The notes under the pieces: generated by a model | Database searches by the model: none | The model's input: the letters and a program-made list of their open reading frames with translations, nothing else | Told to the model about the DNA's origin: nothing | Assembly (NCBI GenBank): GCA_964016885.1 | Contig: OZ024744.1 | Span: 75,764,001 to 75,828,000, forward strand | From: Eledone cirrhosa | Taxonomy: Eukaryota | DNA: 64,000 nucleotides | Reading direction: 5' to 3' | Program-made: the position numbers and the translations under genes | Part shown: piece after piece, positions 27,877 to 43,000 of the stretch | How positions within the stretch are numbered: position 1 is the first letter of the stretch | Layout: each line of letters starts with the position of its first letter

Positions 27877-28811
27877 ATATATATATATATATATATAAGT
27901 TAAAACAGAAAACAAAAACAATAACGAAGAGTGCAGTACAAAGTGTTAGTATTAGGTTCACGCTTGAGAGTGGGGGTGGGGGACGACGTTTTGGGCTTAA
28001 GCCCTTCATCAGGAGAAAAGTGGGAAGGAAAAGAGTTACTAGGGTGCGTGGGGAGTGGTGGAAAGATATTAAAAGGGGGGGGGGGGTAGGATTTAAGAGG
28101 AAGGAAAAAAATTAAAATAAAAGAAGTGGTGTAGGAGTGGTAGTGGGTGGATGGAGGGGGAAGAGGTGAGAAGGAGACAGGGGGTCCGAGCGGGGAGGGC
28201 GGAAGGTGGTGTGTGTGTAGGTGTACGTGTGTGTGTGTGTGCGTGTGGAACAGAAGGGGAGAGAGGAGGCATGCGGAGTACGGAGGCCGAGTATGTGTAT
28301 GTGACGATATGCATGTGTGTGTGTGTGTTTTTTTTTGTGTTGTGTGGACACGTGGGAACGTATATATATATATATATTCGTAGGAAAGTGGAAAAACTCG
28401 GTTCAAGGAAGCTGTTAAAACAGCAAAAAGCCGCCGAATCGGCGTTGGGTAAAACATTACCCCGAAGGACAGACATCAGCGGCTCGAATGCAGTTGGCTC
28501 GAAGAATTGATAGGAAGAAAGAAATAGAATGGATGAGGGGGTATCACAAACATTTAAATACACACATCAGCTTTCAGACCACCTGCAGTTTCAACGATTT
28601 GACTGAAAGGACTGCGAAGGATAGGTGGCTCATAACAATAGAGAAATAAATATCTCTGCTGGTATAACGTTGGGGCAGGTCATAGAGAGAGAGACTAAAA
28701 AATGAAGTGCATCCACTCGACCTCAAGTCGTCGCAGGAAAGGAAGAATAATCGCACTGTAAGCGGAAGTGGCCTGAATATATATATGTATATATATATAT
28801 ATATATATACT

Positions 28812-28843
<32 letters not shown>

Positions 28844-28959
28844 GGAAAAAGTGTGTCCCCGACGGCAGAGCTCAAGCCGTTTCGACGGCTATTTCTGGAC
28901 TATTTCGACGGAGATTTCTGTCCAGAAAACAACAACAAAAAAAAAAAAAAACTATAAAT

Positions 28960-29520
28960 GTTGTTATACCAAATATCCAGAGAGAAGACATAAGCAAACA
29001 AGTAACTTCATCCAAACTATTGCACTGCTTGTTGAGGTACAAAATTACCTCTAACGAAAATAAGACAGAATAAAGCAAAGAAAACAAAAATGGTGGAAAC
29101 GCCGCATTGAAAAGGCAATATCTAAGTAAAATGGAGCAATAGTTTAGAGGAAAATGGTAAAAAAGACCGATCGAGATACATTAGACAAGAAGTATAAAAT
29201 ACTGAAAATGGATTCTATACAGTAATGGAACAATAAAACCGAGGATTTTGTCGAAAATCCAGAAGATAAAAAGATATGTGAAGAAATAAGCAAGTCGAGG
29301 AGAGTACATTGTTCCAAAATACACCCAAACAATTCTTCTACATTTTGGAAGGAGATAATGGGAAGAATGCTGTTCCTAATGCTGACAGGGCCAATGACTT
29401 ATGGAATGGCTTATGGGGAAGCATTGTGATGAAACACTGTGATAATAACAACACAATCGGTACAGTATATGGAAGAGATATATTAGGTTAATTGAAATAG
29501 CTGGAAGAGGGTCTTAACGC
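28960..29520 (+). pseudogene. Highly decayed non-LTR retrotransposon fragment (R4/Dong-like region upstream of RT)
   Basis: WWKRRIE and LFQNTPKQFF...PNADRANDLWNGLWG...H resemble the pre-RT segment of RLE-type elements; recognised from memory only. Confidence 0.4.
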
Positions 29521-29539
29521 TTGAATATATATATATATA

Positions 29540-30830
29540 TATTTCGTTTCTGAATTTGTTTAGCAAGATTCTTTATCTGAAAGCGTGTGTTGAAACCGAT
29601 ATTGTTATACTTTGGGAGGGTCATGTTGCCAATAAGAAATGAAGAATCACACTACAAAATTTCATGGCTCCTAGCCAGAATACTCAAACCCATCTTAGAC
29701 ACCTTGCCGGGACACGTTAACAGCTCCGAGGAAGTGTTGAAGCGCCTGCATCAAATTGATCCCGACACCAGGAAGAATAACAGATATGCCTTCAGCCTTG
29801 ATGTAGTCGCTCTCTACACCTCGGTCCCGGCACTCCCGGCCGTCAATATACTGATGGAACGCGTCCAATCCACCGACCTACACAGCTTCGGGCTCACCAC
29901 CACTGACATCCACCAACTCCTATCCATCGTCATCGACAACACCTACTTCAGATTCCTTGACCAAACATACCAACAAACCTCGGGGCTGCCCATGGGATCA
30001 AGCCTGTCGGGTGTGCTAGTGATCTCTTACATGGACAGCCTCGAGCGCAAGGCACTCAACGCCTGCCACCCCAACGCCGTCGCCTTTTTCTCAAGGTACG
30101 TGGAAAATATCCTCATCCTCACATCTTCCCAAAACATGGCGAACAGAATCTATGAGACGTTCAACAACACGGATGAGAACATTGACTTCAGTGTTAAACA
30201 CCCCAACGAAGACGGGTCACTTGCCCTCCTCGACTTCCGAATCAACATCACGGAACAGGGAAGGATCCACTGCAACTTCTACCGAAAGGCAGCCTGCAGG
30301 GACCTGTTCGTCCACTACAAGTCCGCCCTCCCTAACAGTGCCAAAAGAGGATACATCACAAACGAGATCGCGCGAATCAAAAATAGATGCAACGATCCCG
30401 CGAGTGGTGTCACTCATACCAAGCGATTCCTCGAGGTGCTGGAGACGAACGGGTACCCTACCTCGCTCACAGACAGAGTAGGAGACACCAGACACAAGAG
30501 ACAGAGAGGCACCCAAGGCAAGTTCTTACATAAAATGCCACACATGGGCGAGAATACCAACAGCGCTATCCGCAAGGCTATACGGAGGGAGGGCCTCGAC
30601 ATCCACCTGGCCCACTCGCCCCCCCCCTGCGAAGATGCCTCTCCAGGAAACCCGGGAAATCAACTGACGCGTGCTCCCTCAGAGACTACCCGATGCGCCA
30701 TGCGAACTGTTGCCTACGCACATACGTCGTGTATGAGATAGAATGTAACAAGTACAACCAATACTATATGGGTAGCACAATCCGGCCGTTGCACATCCGG
30801 ATCAAGGTACACACTAAAACTAGGGCCTCG
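29540..30830 (+). pseudogene. 5'-truncated Penelope-like RT and GIY-YIG (Penelope/Poseidon-like) preceded by an inverted family D terminus
   Basis: ORF 29587-30741 has SLDVVALYTSVP, YQQTSGLPMGSSLS, RYVENIL (dead YVDD), LLDF and FYRK..HY.SA.P, followed by VVYEIEC...YMGST.RPL..R. Segment 29540-29639 matches 19271-19373. Confidence 0.85.
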
Positions 30831-30906
30831 TCTTGGAAGCTCCAACAGTAATGGTTGCATTCTTTAAGGGTATGTCAATATTTATTTATAAAACTGATCT
30901 ATATTA

Positions 30907-30971
30907 TATTTTATCTGATGAAAGCACACCATAATTTAACTTGGTGTCCTTGAAATATGTATAATGAAATA
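30907..30971 (+). ncRNA. Type I hammerhead ribozyme motif
   Basis: tattttat-CTGATGA-aagcacacca...tggtgtcctt-GAAA-tatgta-TA-atgaaata. Helix I is 8 bp and the cleavage triplet is AUA. Confidence 0.75.
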
Positions 30972-31010
30972 AATATGGTTTTATAAATATAGTTTCCATT
31001 TGTTAATATC

Positions 31011-31093
<83 letters not shown>

Positions 31094-31373
31094 GACAGGG
31101 TGGGTGGGGGGGGGGAAGAAAAAATGGCTTCACTTGTGCTTTCAACAAATTTATTTTCTTCACAGAATCCAAAAATAATTATTTTCCGGATTAGAAAACA
31201 TTTTTTTCTTAAAAAAAATTTTATAAATTAAGTTGTTGGTTGTTGGTTAGGTCTTAGGAGTTCTTGGTTAACGTAGGAGGTATTGTTTCGTTTTTAGAAC
31301 GACCTTTCACGCTGAGGTGCGCTTGTCAAACTGATGTGTATGTTGTGTGTTGTTCTATATATAGGGATTTAAC

Positions 31374-34300
31374 ATGTCTGTGGTAGATAAATATGATTCC
31401 CTTACGAATGCCGTACAAGAAATGGAACAACAAACACGCAGCTATAGGGAAAAACTTGATTCACTAATTACAGACCGACAAAAACAAGAACAAACCTTTT
31501 CTCCTGAAATAGCTACACATGAACAGAACTCCATCACCAATAATGCATTCAAAGAATGGAATGAACTGAATCTAGAAAAAGAAGCCTACAGAAAAAGAAA
31601 CCAAATGAAAAACATTTGGAACCAACTATTAAATCAAATGGAACAGGCATACTGGAAAGCCTTGAGGAGTGAAAACCTAGCAGACACATACGAAATATGG
31701 CGTAGCAAGGAACCAGTTATCCTCCCTAGAAAATTCCGAATTAAAGAAATACCATCGGAATCAAAGTAAGAAACTGCAACAAGACTAAATCTAGCACTCC
31801 AAAAACTTGAGACCGAAATCACCCTACTCCGCCTAAGAGTGCCAAAATTCAAAGAGAAATTTGAAAAATGCGACACCACCATCCAAGAGGAAATAAACAA
31901 AAGAAGCAGCGGCAATGTACGTGAAAAACTCCTTAACCTATGGCAGACAGATACAACTAGAGAGGAGTTAAAATCAAAGAAAATCTTGGAGTCAAGAACT
32001 CAATGGCTTCAAGAATATGAAGATAACTATGGGAAAGACCAAATAAAACCCAGAAAACAAACCCATAGGAAACCCCAGAACTCAGGAAAATACAACAACA
32101 CAAGAAATGAAGCACCCACACACAATAAACCAACAACAACCAGATATTGGGTAACCCCAAACACACAACTACATACAGACCCAATACTCAACACCAGAAC
32201 CAGATACAACCACTGCCATAACACCAAGAACAATTACCGGAGACAAAATCAAAGACACATGAATACTGAACGAAACAACAGAAGAACGAGACCCCCATAC
32301 AGCAACGACCACGCAAGAGTCTATCGCCCAACCAGTTACCGGCATGAAGTTCCGGCGGACCAAAGGTTTCACCACAACAGAAACACCCCTATCCCAAATG
32401 GCACCCATTTTTTAGGACTAGGGGCCTCGCACCAAATGAAAGAAAAAAAGAAAAAAGCACCACCTTTCAAGTGGCACCTGACGAGAAAGAACCAATCGAA
32501 CCAAAAATAATCAATATATCAGCCAAGAAATGAACACAACCAGAAATACAACTGTTAGAAAATGGACTGAAGTTCACTCCCACTCCGAAAGCAGATACAG
32601 CCGATGTTATAAAAGACACAGAAGAATACTGTCGAAAATTACGCTTAGGAGAATTCTTCCAGGGTGTACAATACGAGGAAGAATCACTGGTGAAAAACAA
32701 AAAGAACTTCACACCCCCGCTAAATAGAGATAAATACCTGGAGGAATACATAACCTGCCTTCGCCGATCAGCACGTACAAATACGGCCGAGACGAAACAC
32801 AAACGCAACATCCCTATAGACCAACTACTAGCATTGAACAAGCTACAAAGGGATTCCTCAATAATAATAAAAGAAGCGGACAAAGGTGGAGCAATCGTCA
32901 TCATGGACACAAACCACTACAAAGATATGGTTCTAGCACACTTGAATGACAGAAACTTCTACAGGAAAATCACTAAAAACGAAGAAAGGAAATCGAGGAA
33001 CCAAATAGGCAAACTAACAACAAAGTACCAAAACAACCTAACACCAAAAGAAGTAGATTACCTAACCAACTTCGAAATGAAAACCAGCAATTTCTATGGA
33101 TTACCAAAAATTCACAAATCCATAGAAATCCAAAACAACATAAAAGGGAAAATTACATCATACATCGAAGCCCAAAACCGACAGACTTAAAATTACGCCC
33201 CATTATTGCTGGCCGAGCCTCAAGCACACAACGTCTAAGCAACCTATTAGACATCATACTCAAACTCCTATGTAAAAAGTCCCAAGCTACATCAGAGACG
33301 TTATGGAATTCCTTAACTATATCCCCCAAAAAGTACACCAGGATACAATTCTAGTCAGTTTTGATGTAATAAGCCTGTACACTAACATCCCACACGACCT
33401 AGGGATTGAAGCTGTGGACTTCTGGATTACAAAACACTCAAGTCACATTTCAGAAAGATTCCCCAAAGAATTCATCTTGGAAGGACTTAAATGAGTATTG
33501 GAAAACAATCACTTCCTCTTTGACAACGAACTTTATCTACAAATAAAAGGAACAGCCATGGGTACCAAAGTGGCCCCTACATATGCAATGCTCGTTATGG
33601 GTCACTTAGAGGCAAAATTATATTCCCAACTATAGATAACATTCAATCACGACTTCGCCTTCTACATTAATAAAAACTGGAAACGTTACCTAGATGACTG
33701 CTTCATCTTCTGGAACAGAAGCCACACAGACCTACAAAAATTTTATTCGATCCTAAACGGCTTCATGAAGCTATACAATTCACTATGGAATGTAACGAAA
33801 AGGAACTGCCCTTTCTAGATATCCTCATCATTAAAGAAGGGGAAAATATCATAACGAACCTATTTTGGAAACCCACTGACACACACCAATACTTAAATTT
33901 CCGGTCAGCACATCCCTCACATACGAAAAGGAACATTCCCTTCAACATGGCAAGGCGCATCTGCACTATAGCAACACACCCTGTACTACAAGAAAAAAGA
34001 TTATGTGACCTGAAAAAATTCCTTAAAAAACAAGAATACCCGATGAAACTCATCAACGCAGCCATCTCCAAGGCTAAGAACATCCCAATAACAACACTGA
34101 GAAAACCAAACCCACAACATAAAAAAGAAAACCTTGCTATCTCTTTTGTCATCACTCACAACCCAGGGAACATCAACATTGTGAAAACTGCTAAGCAGTA
34201 TTTCCCGATTCTACAGCAATCTACCAAAATGAATGCACTCTTAAAAAACACACAGATAATTTATAGCAGACGCCAAGCACCCAACCTTAAAAAACTAATT

Positions 34301-34735
34301 ACCAAGGCAAAATTTACGACCAACATGGAATCAATGCAAGTGACGAAATGCGGGGACCCTAGATGTGGAACCTGTGAACTCATCGAAGAGGGCAAACAGT
34401 TGTCCTTCAAAAACCATGATAATTTCAAGGTCAATGCTAACATGAACTGCAAAACGAAAAACCTAATATATTGCGCAACATGTCCACAGTGTAAAGAGTA
34501 TTACATTGGGGAAACCGGAACGGGATTACATGATAGCGTCCGGGTACATAAACAACAAATTAAAGACCCCACAGTCAGAAATACCACATGTAGCGCACAC
34601 TTTGCATCATGCGGGAAGGGAAAATTCACAATCTTCCCTTTCTTCAAGATATGGTCGGATAACGAACATTTCCGCAGATATAAAGAAGAATTCTTCATTG
34701 AAAAAATTAAACCACTACTGAACACGAAAAAATGA
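31374..34735 (+). mobile_element. Near-full-length decayed Penelope-like retroelement (Neptune-like): upstream helical/basic ORF, RT, Cys linker and GIY-YIG
   Basis: IINIS..L..GLKFTP, KEADKGGAIVIMD, FYGLPKIHK, LRPIIA, SFDVISLYTNIP, GTAMGT..AP, WKRYLDD, LPFLD, KPTD..QYL..SAHP, CGDPRCGTC, NLIYCATCPQC..YIGET. Stops at 31767, 32531 and 33492; frameshifts near 33172, 33280 and 33762. Confidence 0.92.
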
Positions 34736-34936
34736 ATTAACACTCGGAGGTAAAATTCCATTTCATTACCCCCCCCCCTCTTCTTATGTGTACACATGAA
34801 TATCTGAGTGAACGGTGAGACACACACATATATGTGTGTAGGTATGTATGGATGTATGTACGTGTGGGTATATATGTATGTGGGTGTGTGTATGTGTGTG
34901 TGTGTATATATATGTATGGATGTGTGTATGTTTGTA

Positions 34937-34975
<39 letters not shown>

Positions 34976-35032
34976 GTGTGTATGTGTGTGTATATATATA
35001 TGTATATGTATATGTATGTATGTGTATGTTTG

Positions 35033-35078
<46 letters not shown>

Positions 35079-35429
35079 AAAGAATAGAGGTGTAACACAC
35101 AAGTTATTATATATTGGTAAACGGAATAGAAAATGCTGACAAATTGTTCACAGTTGAAAAATGGTTTAATTAGGAATAAATTAGTGATTGTATGGGTTAA
35201 TATTCAGTTGTGGTTTTAAGTTTTTAAGTTTTTACCGGTTGCGCATTTCTAAATGCTTTTCAAAAATAATTTTGAGATGGAGTGTCCGTGCTGTTTGCTC
35301 TGATTTGATTAGTTTTGGGAATTCTACCTGTTTTTATGTTAAAAAAGTGGCTCCAGCGTTACTTTGGTGTTGCAAAAATTCTTGTGGTAAAAACAATTTT
35401 GATTGGTCGGTAGAGGTCATGTGAATGTA

Positions 35430-37020
<1,591 letters not shown>

Positions 37021-37021
<1 letters not shown>

Positions 37022-40000
37022 GAAGACAAACATAGAATATTCGAAAATATTCTGTATGTTTATAATAAACATTTTGAAGACCCAATCGCTATAGAATAGA
37101 ATACGTCACGTATTACAATTTGAGATTCTCGATAAAAGCAAGGGAAGTAACCTACGCGTTTCATTCTTATTAGAAATCATCAGGATTACATATCCAATGC
37201 TTTTATCGAGAACGACACAGCTAGAGACTTATAGAATACTTAGCTGTGTACAGGAACTGGTTTGAAAGAGCGGTAGCCGGTCCGGCAGAAATTAGAATTT
37301 GGATTTAATGCTCTGAAATAGCGATATATATGTGAAGACAAACATAGAATATTCGAAAATATTCTGTATGTTTATAATAAACATTTTGAAGACCCAATCG
37401 CTATAGAATAGAATACGTCACGTATTACAATTTGAGATTCTCGATAAAAGCAAGGGAAGTAACCTACGCGTTTCATTCTTATTAGAAATCATCAGGATTA
37501 CATATCCAATGCTTTTATCGAGAACGACACGGCTAGAGACTTATAGAATACTTAGCTGTGTACAGGAACTGGTTTGAAAGAGCGATAGCCGGTCCGGCAG
37601 AAATTAGAATTTGGATTTAATGCTCTGAAATAGCGATATATATGTGAAGACAAACATAGAATATTCGAAAATATTCTGTATGTTTATAATAAACATTTTG
37701 AAGACCCAATCGCTATAGAATAGAGTACGTCACGTATTACAATTTGAGATTCTCGATAAAAGCAAGGGAAGTAACCTACGCGTTTCATTCTTATGAGAAA
37801 TCATCAGGATTACATATCCAATGCTTTTATCGAGAACGACACAGCTAGAGACTTATAGAATACTTAGCTGTGTACAGGAACTGGTTTGAAAGAGCGGTAG
37901 CCGGTCCGGCAGAAATTAGAATTTGGATTTAATGCTCTGAAATAGCGATATATATGTGAAGACAAACATAGAATATTCGCAAATATTCTGTATGTTTATA
38001 ATAAACATTTTGAAGACCCAATCGCTATAGAATAGAATACGTCACGTATTACAATTTGAGATTCTCGATAAAAGCAAGGGAAGTAACCTACGCGTTTCAT
38101 TCTTATTAGAAATCATCAGGATTACATATCCAATGCTTTTATCGAGAACGACACAGCTAGAGACTTATAGAATACTTAGCTGTGTACAGGAACTGGTTTG
38201 AAAGAGCGGTAGCCGGTCCGGCAGTAATTAGAATTTGGATTTAATGCTCTGAAATAGCGATATATATGTGAAGACAAACATAGAATATTCGAAAATATTC
38301 TGTATGTTTATAATAAACATTTTGAAGACCCAATCGCTATAGAATAGAATACGTCACGTATTACAATTTGAGATTCTCGATAAAAGCAAGGGAAGTAACC
38401 TACGCGTTTCATTCTTATTAGAAATCATCAGGATTACATATCCAATGCTTTTATCGAGAACGACACAGCTAGAGACTTATAGAATACTTAGCTGTGTACA
38501 GGAACTGGTTTGAAAGAGCGGTAGCCGGTCCGGCAGGAATTAGAATTTGGATTTAATGCTCTGAAATAGCGATATATATGTGAAGACAAACATAGAATAT
38601 TCGAAAATATTCTGTATGTTTATAATAAACATTTTGAAGACCCAATCGCTATAGAATAGAATACGTCACGTATTACAATTTGAGATTCTCGATAAAAGCA
38701 AGGGAAGTAACCTACGCGTTTCATTCTTATTAGAAATCATCAGGATTACATATCCAATGCTTTTATCGAGAACGACACGGCTAGAGACTTATAGAATACT
38801 TAGCTGTGTACAGGAACTGGTTTGAGAGAGCGATAGCCGGTCCGGCAGAAATTAGAATTTGGATTTAATGCTCTGAAATAGCGATATATATGTGAAGACA
38901 AACATAGAATATTCGAAAATATTCTGTATGTTTATAATAAACATTTTGAAGACCCAATCGCTATAGAATAGAGTACGTCACGTATTACAATTTGAGATTC
39001 TCGATAAAAGCAAGGGAAGTAACCTACGCGTTTCATTCTTATTAGAAATCATCAGGATTACATATCCAATGCTTTTATCGAGAACGACACAGCTAGAGAC
39101 TTATAGAATACTTAGCTGTGTACAGGAACTGGTTTGAAAGAGCGGTAGCCGGTCCGGCAGAAATTAGAATTTGGATTTAATGCTCTGAAATAGCGATATA
39201 TATGTGAAGACAAACATAGAATATTCGAAAATATTCTGTATGTTTATAATAAACATTTTGAAGACCCAATCGCTATAGAATAGAATACGTCACGTATTAC
39301 AATTTGAGATTCTCGATAAAAGCAAGGGAAGTAACCTACGCGTTTCATTCTTATTAGAAATCATCAGGATTACATATCCAATGCTTTTATCGAGAACGAC
39401 ACAGCTAGAGACTTATAGAATACTTAGCTGTGTACAGGAACTGGTTTGAAAGAGCGGTAGCCGGTCCGGCAGAAATTAGAATTTGGATTTAATGCTCTGA
39501 AATAGCGATATATATGTGAAGACAAACATAGAATATTCGAAAATATTCTGTATGTTTATAATAAACATTTTGAAGACCCAATCGCTATAGAATAGAATAC
39601 GTCACGTATTACAATTTGAGATTCTCGATAAAAGCAAGGGAAGTAACCTACGCGTTTCATTCTTATTAGAAATCATCAGGATTACATATCCAATGCTTTT
39701 ATCGAGAACGACACAGCTAGAGACTTATAGAATACTTAGCTGTGTACAGGAACTGGTTTGAAAGAGCGGTAGCCGGTCCGGCAGAAATTAGAATTTGGAT
39801 TTAATGCTCTGAAATAGCGATATATATGTGAAGACAAACATAGAATATTCGAAAATATTCTGTATGTTTATAATAAACATTTTGAAGACCCAATCGCTAT
39901 AGAATAGAATACGTCACGTATTACAATTTGAGATTCTCGATAAAAGCAAGGGAAGTAACCTACGCGTTTCATTCTTATTAGAAATCATCAGGATTACATA

Positions 40001-43000
40001 TCCAATGCTTTTATCGAGAACGACACAGCTAGAGACTTATAGAATACTTAGCTGTGTACAGGAACTGGTTTGAAAGAGCGGTAGCCGGTCCGGCAGAAAT
40101 TAGAATTTGGATTTAATGCTCTGAAATAGCGATATATATGTGAAGACAAACATAGAATATTCGAAAATATTCTGTATGTTTATAATAAACATTTTGAAGA
40201 CCCAATCGCTATAGAATAGAATACGTCACGTATTACAATTTGAGATTCTCGATAAAAGCAAGGGAAGTAACCTACGCGTTTCATTCTTATTAGAAATCAT
40301 CAGGATTACATATCCAATGCTTTTATCGAGAACGACACAGCTAGAGACTTATAGAATACTTAGCTGTGTACAGGAACTGGTTTGAAAGAGCGGTAGCCGG
40401 TCCGGCAGAAATTAGAATTTGGATTTAATGCTCTGAAATAGCGATATATATGTGAAGACAAACATAGAATATTCGAAAATATTCTGTATGTTTATAATAA
40501 ACATTTTGAAGACCCAATCGCTATAGAATAGAATACGTCACGTATTATAATTTGAGATTCTCGATGAAAGCAAGGGAAGTAACCTACGCGTTTCATTCTT
40601 ATTAGAAATCATCAGGATTACATATCCAATGCTTTTATCGAGAACGACACAGCTAGAGACTTATAGAATACTTAGCTGTGTACAGGAACTGGTTTGAAAG
40701 AGCGGTAGCCGGTCCGGCAGAAATTAGAATTTGGTTTTAATGCTCTGAAATAGCGATATATATGTGAAGACAAACATAGAATATTCGAAAATATTCTGTA
40801 TGTTTATAATAAACATTTTGAAGACCCAATCGCTATAGAATAGAATACGTCACGTATTATAATTTGAGATTCTCGATGAAAGCAAGGGAAGTAACCTACG
40901 CGTTTCATTCTTATTAGAAATCATCAGGATTACATATCCAATGCTTTTATCGAGAACGACACAGCTAGAGACTTATAGAATACTTAGCTGTGTACAGGAA
41001 CTGGTTTGAAAGAGCGGTAGCCGGTCCGGCAGAAATTAGAATTTGGATTTAATGCTCTGAAATAGCGATATATATGTGAAGACAAACATAGAATATTCGA
41101 AAATATTCTGTATGTTTATAATAAACATTTTGAAGACCCAATCGCTATAGAATAGAATACGTCACGTATTACAATTTGAGATTCTCGATAAAAGCAAGGG
41201 AAGTAACCTACGCGTTTCATTCTTATTAGAAATCATCAGGATTACATATCCAATGCTTTTATCGAGAACGACACAGCTAGAGACTTATAGAATACTTAGC
41301 TGTGTACAGGAACTGGTTTGAAAGAGCGGTAGCCGGTCCGGCAGAAATTAGAATTTGGATTTAATGCTCTGAAATAGCGATATATATGTGAAGACACACA
41401 TAGAATATTCAAAAATATTCTGTATGTTTATAATAAACATTTTGAAGACCAAATCGCTATAGAATAGAATACGTCACGTATTACAATTTGAGATTATCGA
41501 TAAAAGCAAGGGAAGTAACCTACGCGTTTCATTCTTATTAGAAATCATCAGGATTACATATCCAATGCTTTTATCGAGAACGACACAGCTAGAGACTTAT
41601 AGAATACTTAGCTGTGTACAGGAACTGGTTTGAAAGAGCGGTAGCCGGTCCGGCAGAAATTAGAATTTGGATTTAATGCTCTGAAATAGCGATATATATG
41701 TGAAGACAAACATAGAATATTCGAAAATATTCTGTATGTTTATAATAAACATTTTGAAGACCCAATCGCTATAGAATAGAATACGTCACGTATTACAATT
41801 TGAGATTCTCGATAAAAGCAAGGGAAGTAACCTACGCGTTTCATTCTTACTAGAAATCATCAGGATTACATATCCAATGCTTTTATCGAGAACGACACAG
41901 CTAGAGACTTATAGAATACTTAGCTGTGTATAGGAACTGGTTTGAAAGAGCGGTAGCCGGTCCGGCAGAAATTAGAATTTGGATTTAATGCTCTGAAATA
42001 GCGATATATATGTGAAGACAAACATAGAATATTCGAAAATATTCTGTATGTTTATAATAAAGATTTTGAAGACCCAATCGCTATAGAATAGAATACGTCA
42101 CGTATTACAATTTGAGATTCTCGATAAAAGCAAGGGAAGTAACCTACGCGTTTCATTCTTATTAGAAATCATCAGGATTACATATCCAATGCTTTTATCG
42201 AGAACGACACAGCTAGAGACTTATAGAATACTTAGCTGTGTACAGGAACTGGTTTGAAAGAGCGGTAGCCGGTCCGGCAGAAATTAGAATTTGGATTTAA
42301 TGCTCTGAAATAGCGATATATATGTGAAGACAAACATAGAATATTCGAAAATATTCTGTATGTTTATAATAAACATTTTGAAGACCCAATCGCTATAGAA
42401 TAGAATACGTCACGTATTACAATTTGAGATTCTCGATAAAAGCAAGGGAAGTAACCTACGCGTTTCATTCTTAGTAGAAATCATCAGGATTACATATCCA
42501 ATGCTTTTATCGAGAACGACACAGCTAGAGACTTATAGAATAGTTAGCTGTGTACAGGAACTGGTTTGAAAGAGCGATAGCCGGTCCGGCAGAAATTAGA
42601 ATTTGGATTTAATGCTCTGAAATAGCGATATATATGTGAAGACAAACATAGAATATTCGAAAATATTCTGTATGTTTATAATAAACATTTTGAAGACCCA
42701 ATCGCTATAGAATAGAATACGTCACGTATTACAATTTGAGATTCTCGATAAAAGCAAGGGAAGTAACCTACGCGTTTTATTCTTATTAGAAATCATCAGG
42801 ATTACATATCCAATGCTTTTATCGAGAACGACACAGCTAGAGACTTATAGAATACTTAGCTGTGTACAGGAACTGGTTTGAAAGAGCGGTAGCCGGTCCG
42901 GCAGAAATTAGAATTTGGATTTAATGCTCTGAAATAGCGATATATATGTGAAGACAAACATAGAATATTCGAAAATATTCTGTATGTTTATAATAAACAT

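Noticed and set aside
27975-28020. HHR on the minus strand (CTGATGA-a-gggc-ttaa-gccc-AAAA-cgtc)
   Set aside because: GAAA is mutated and helix I does not pair; at most a dead remnant.
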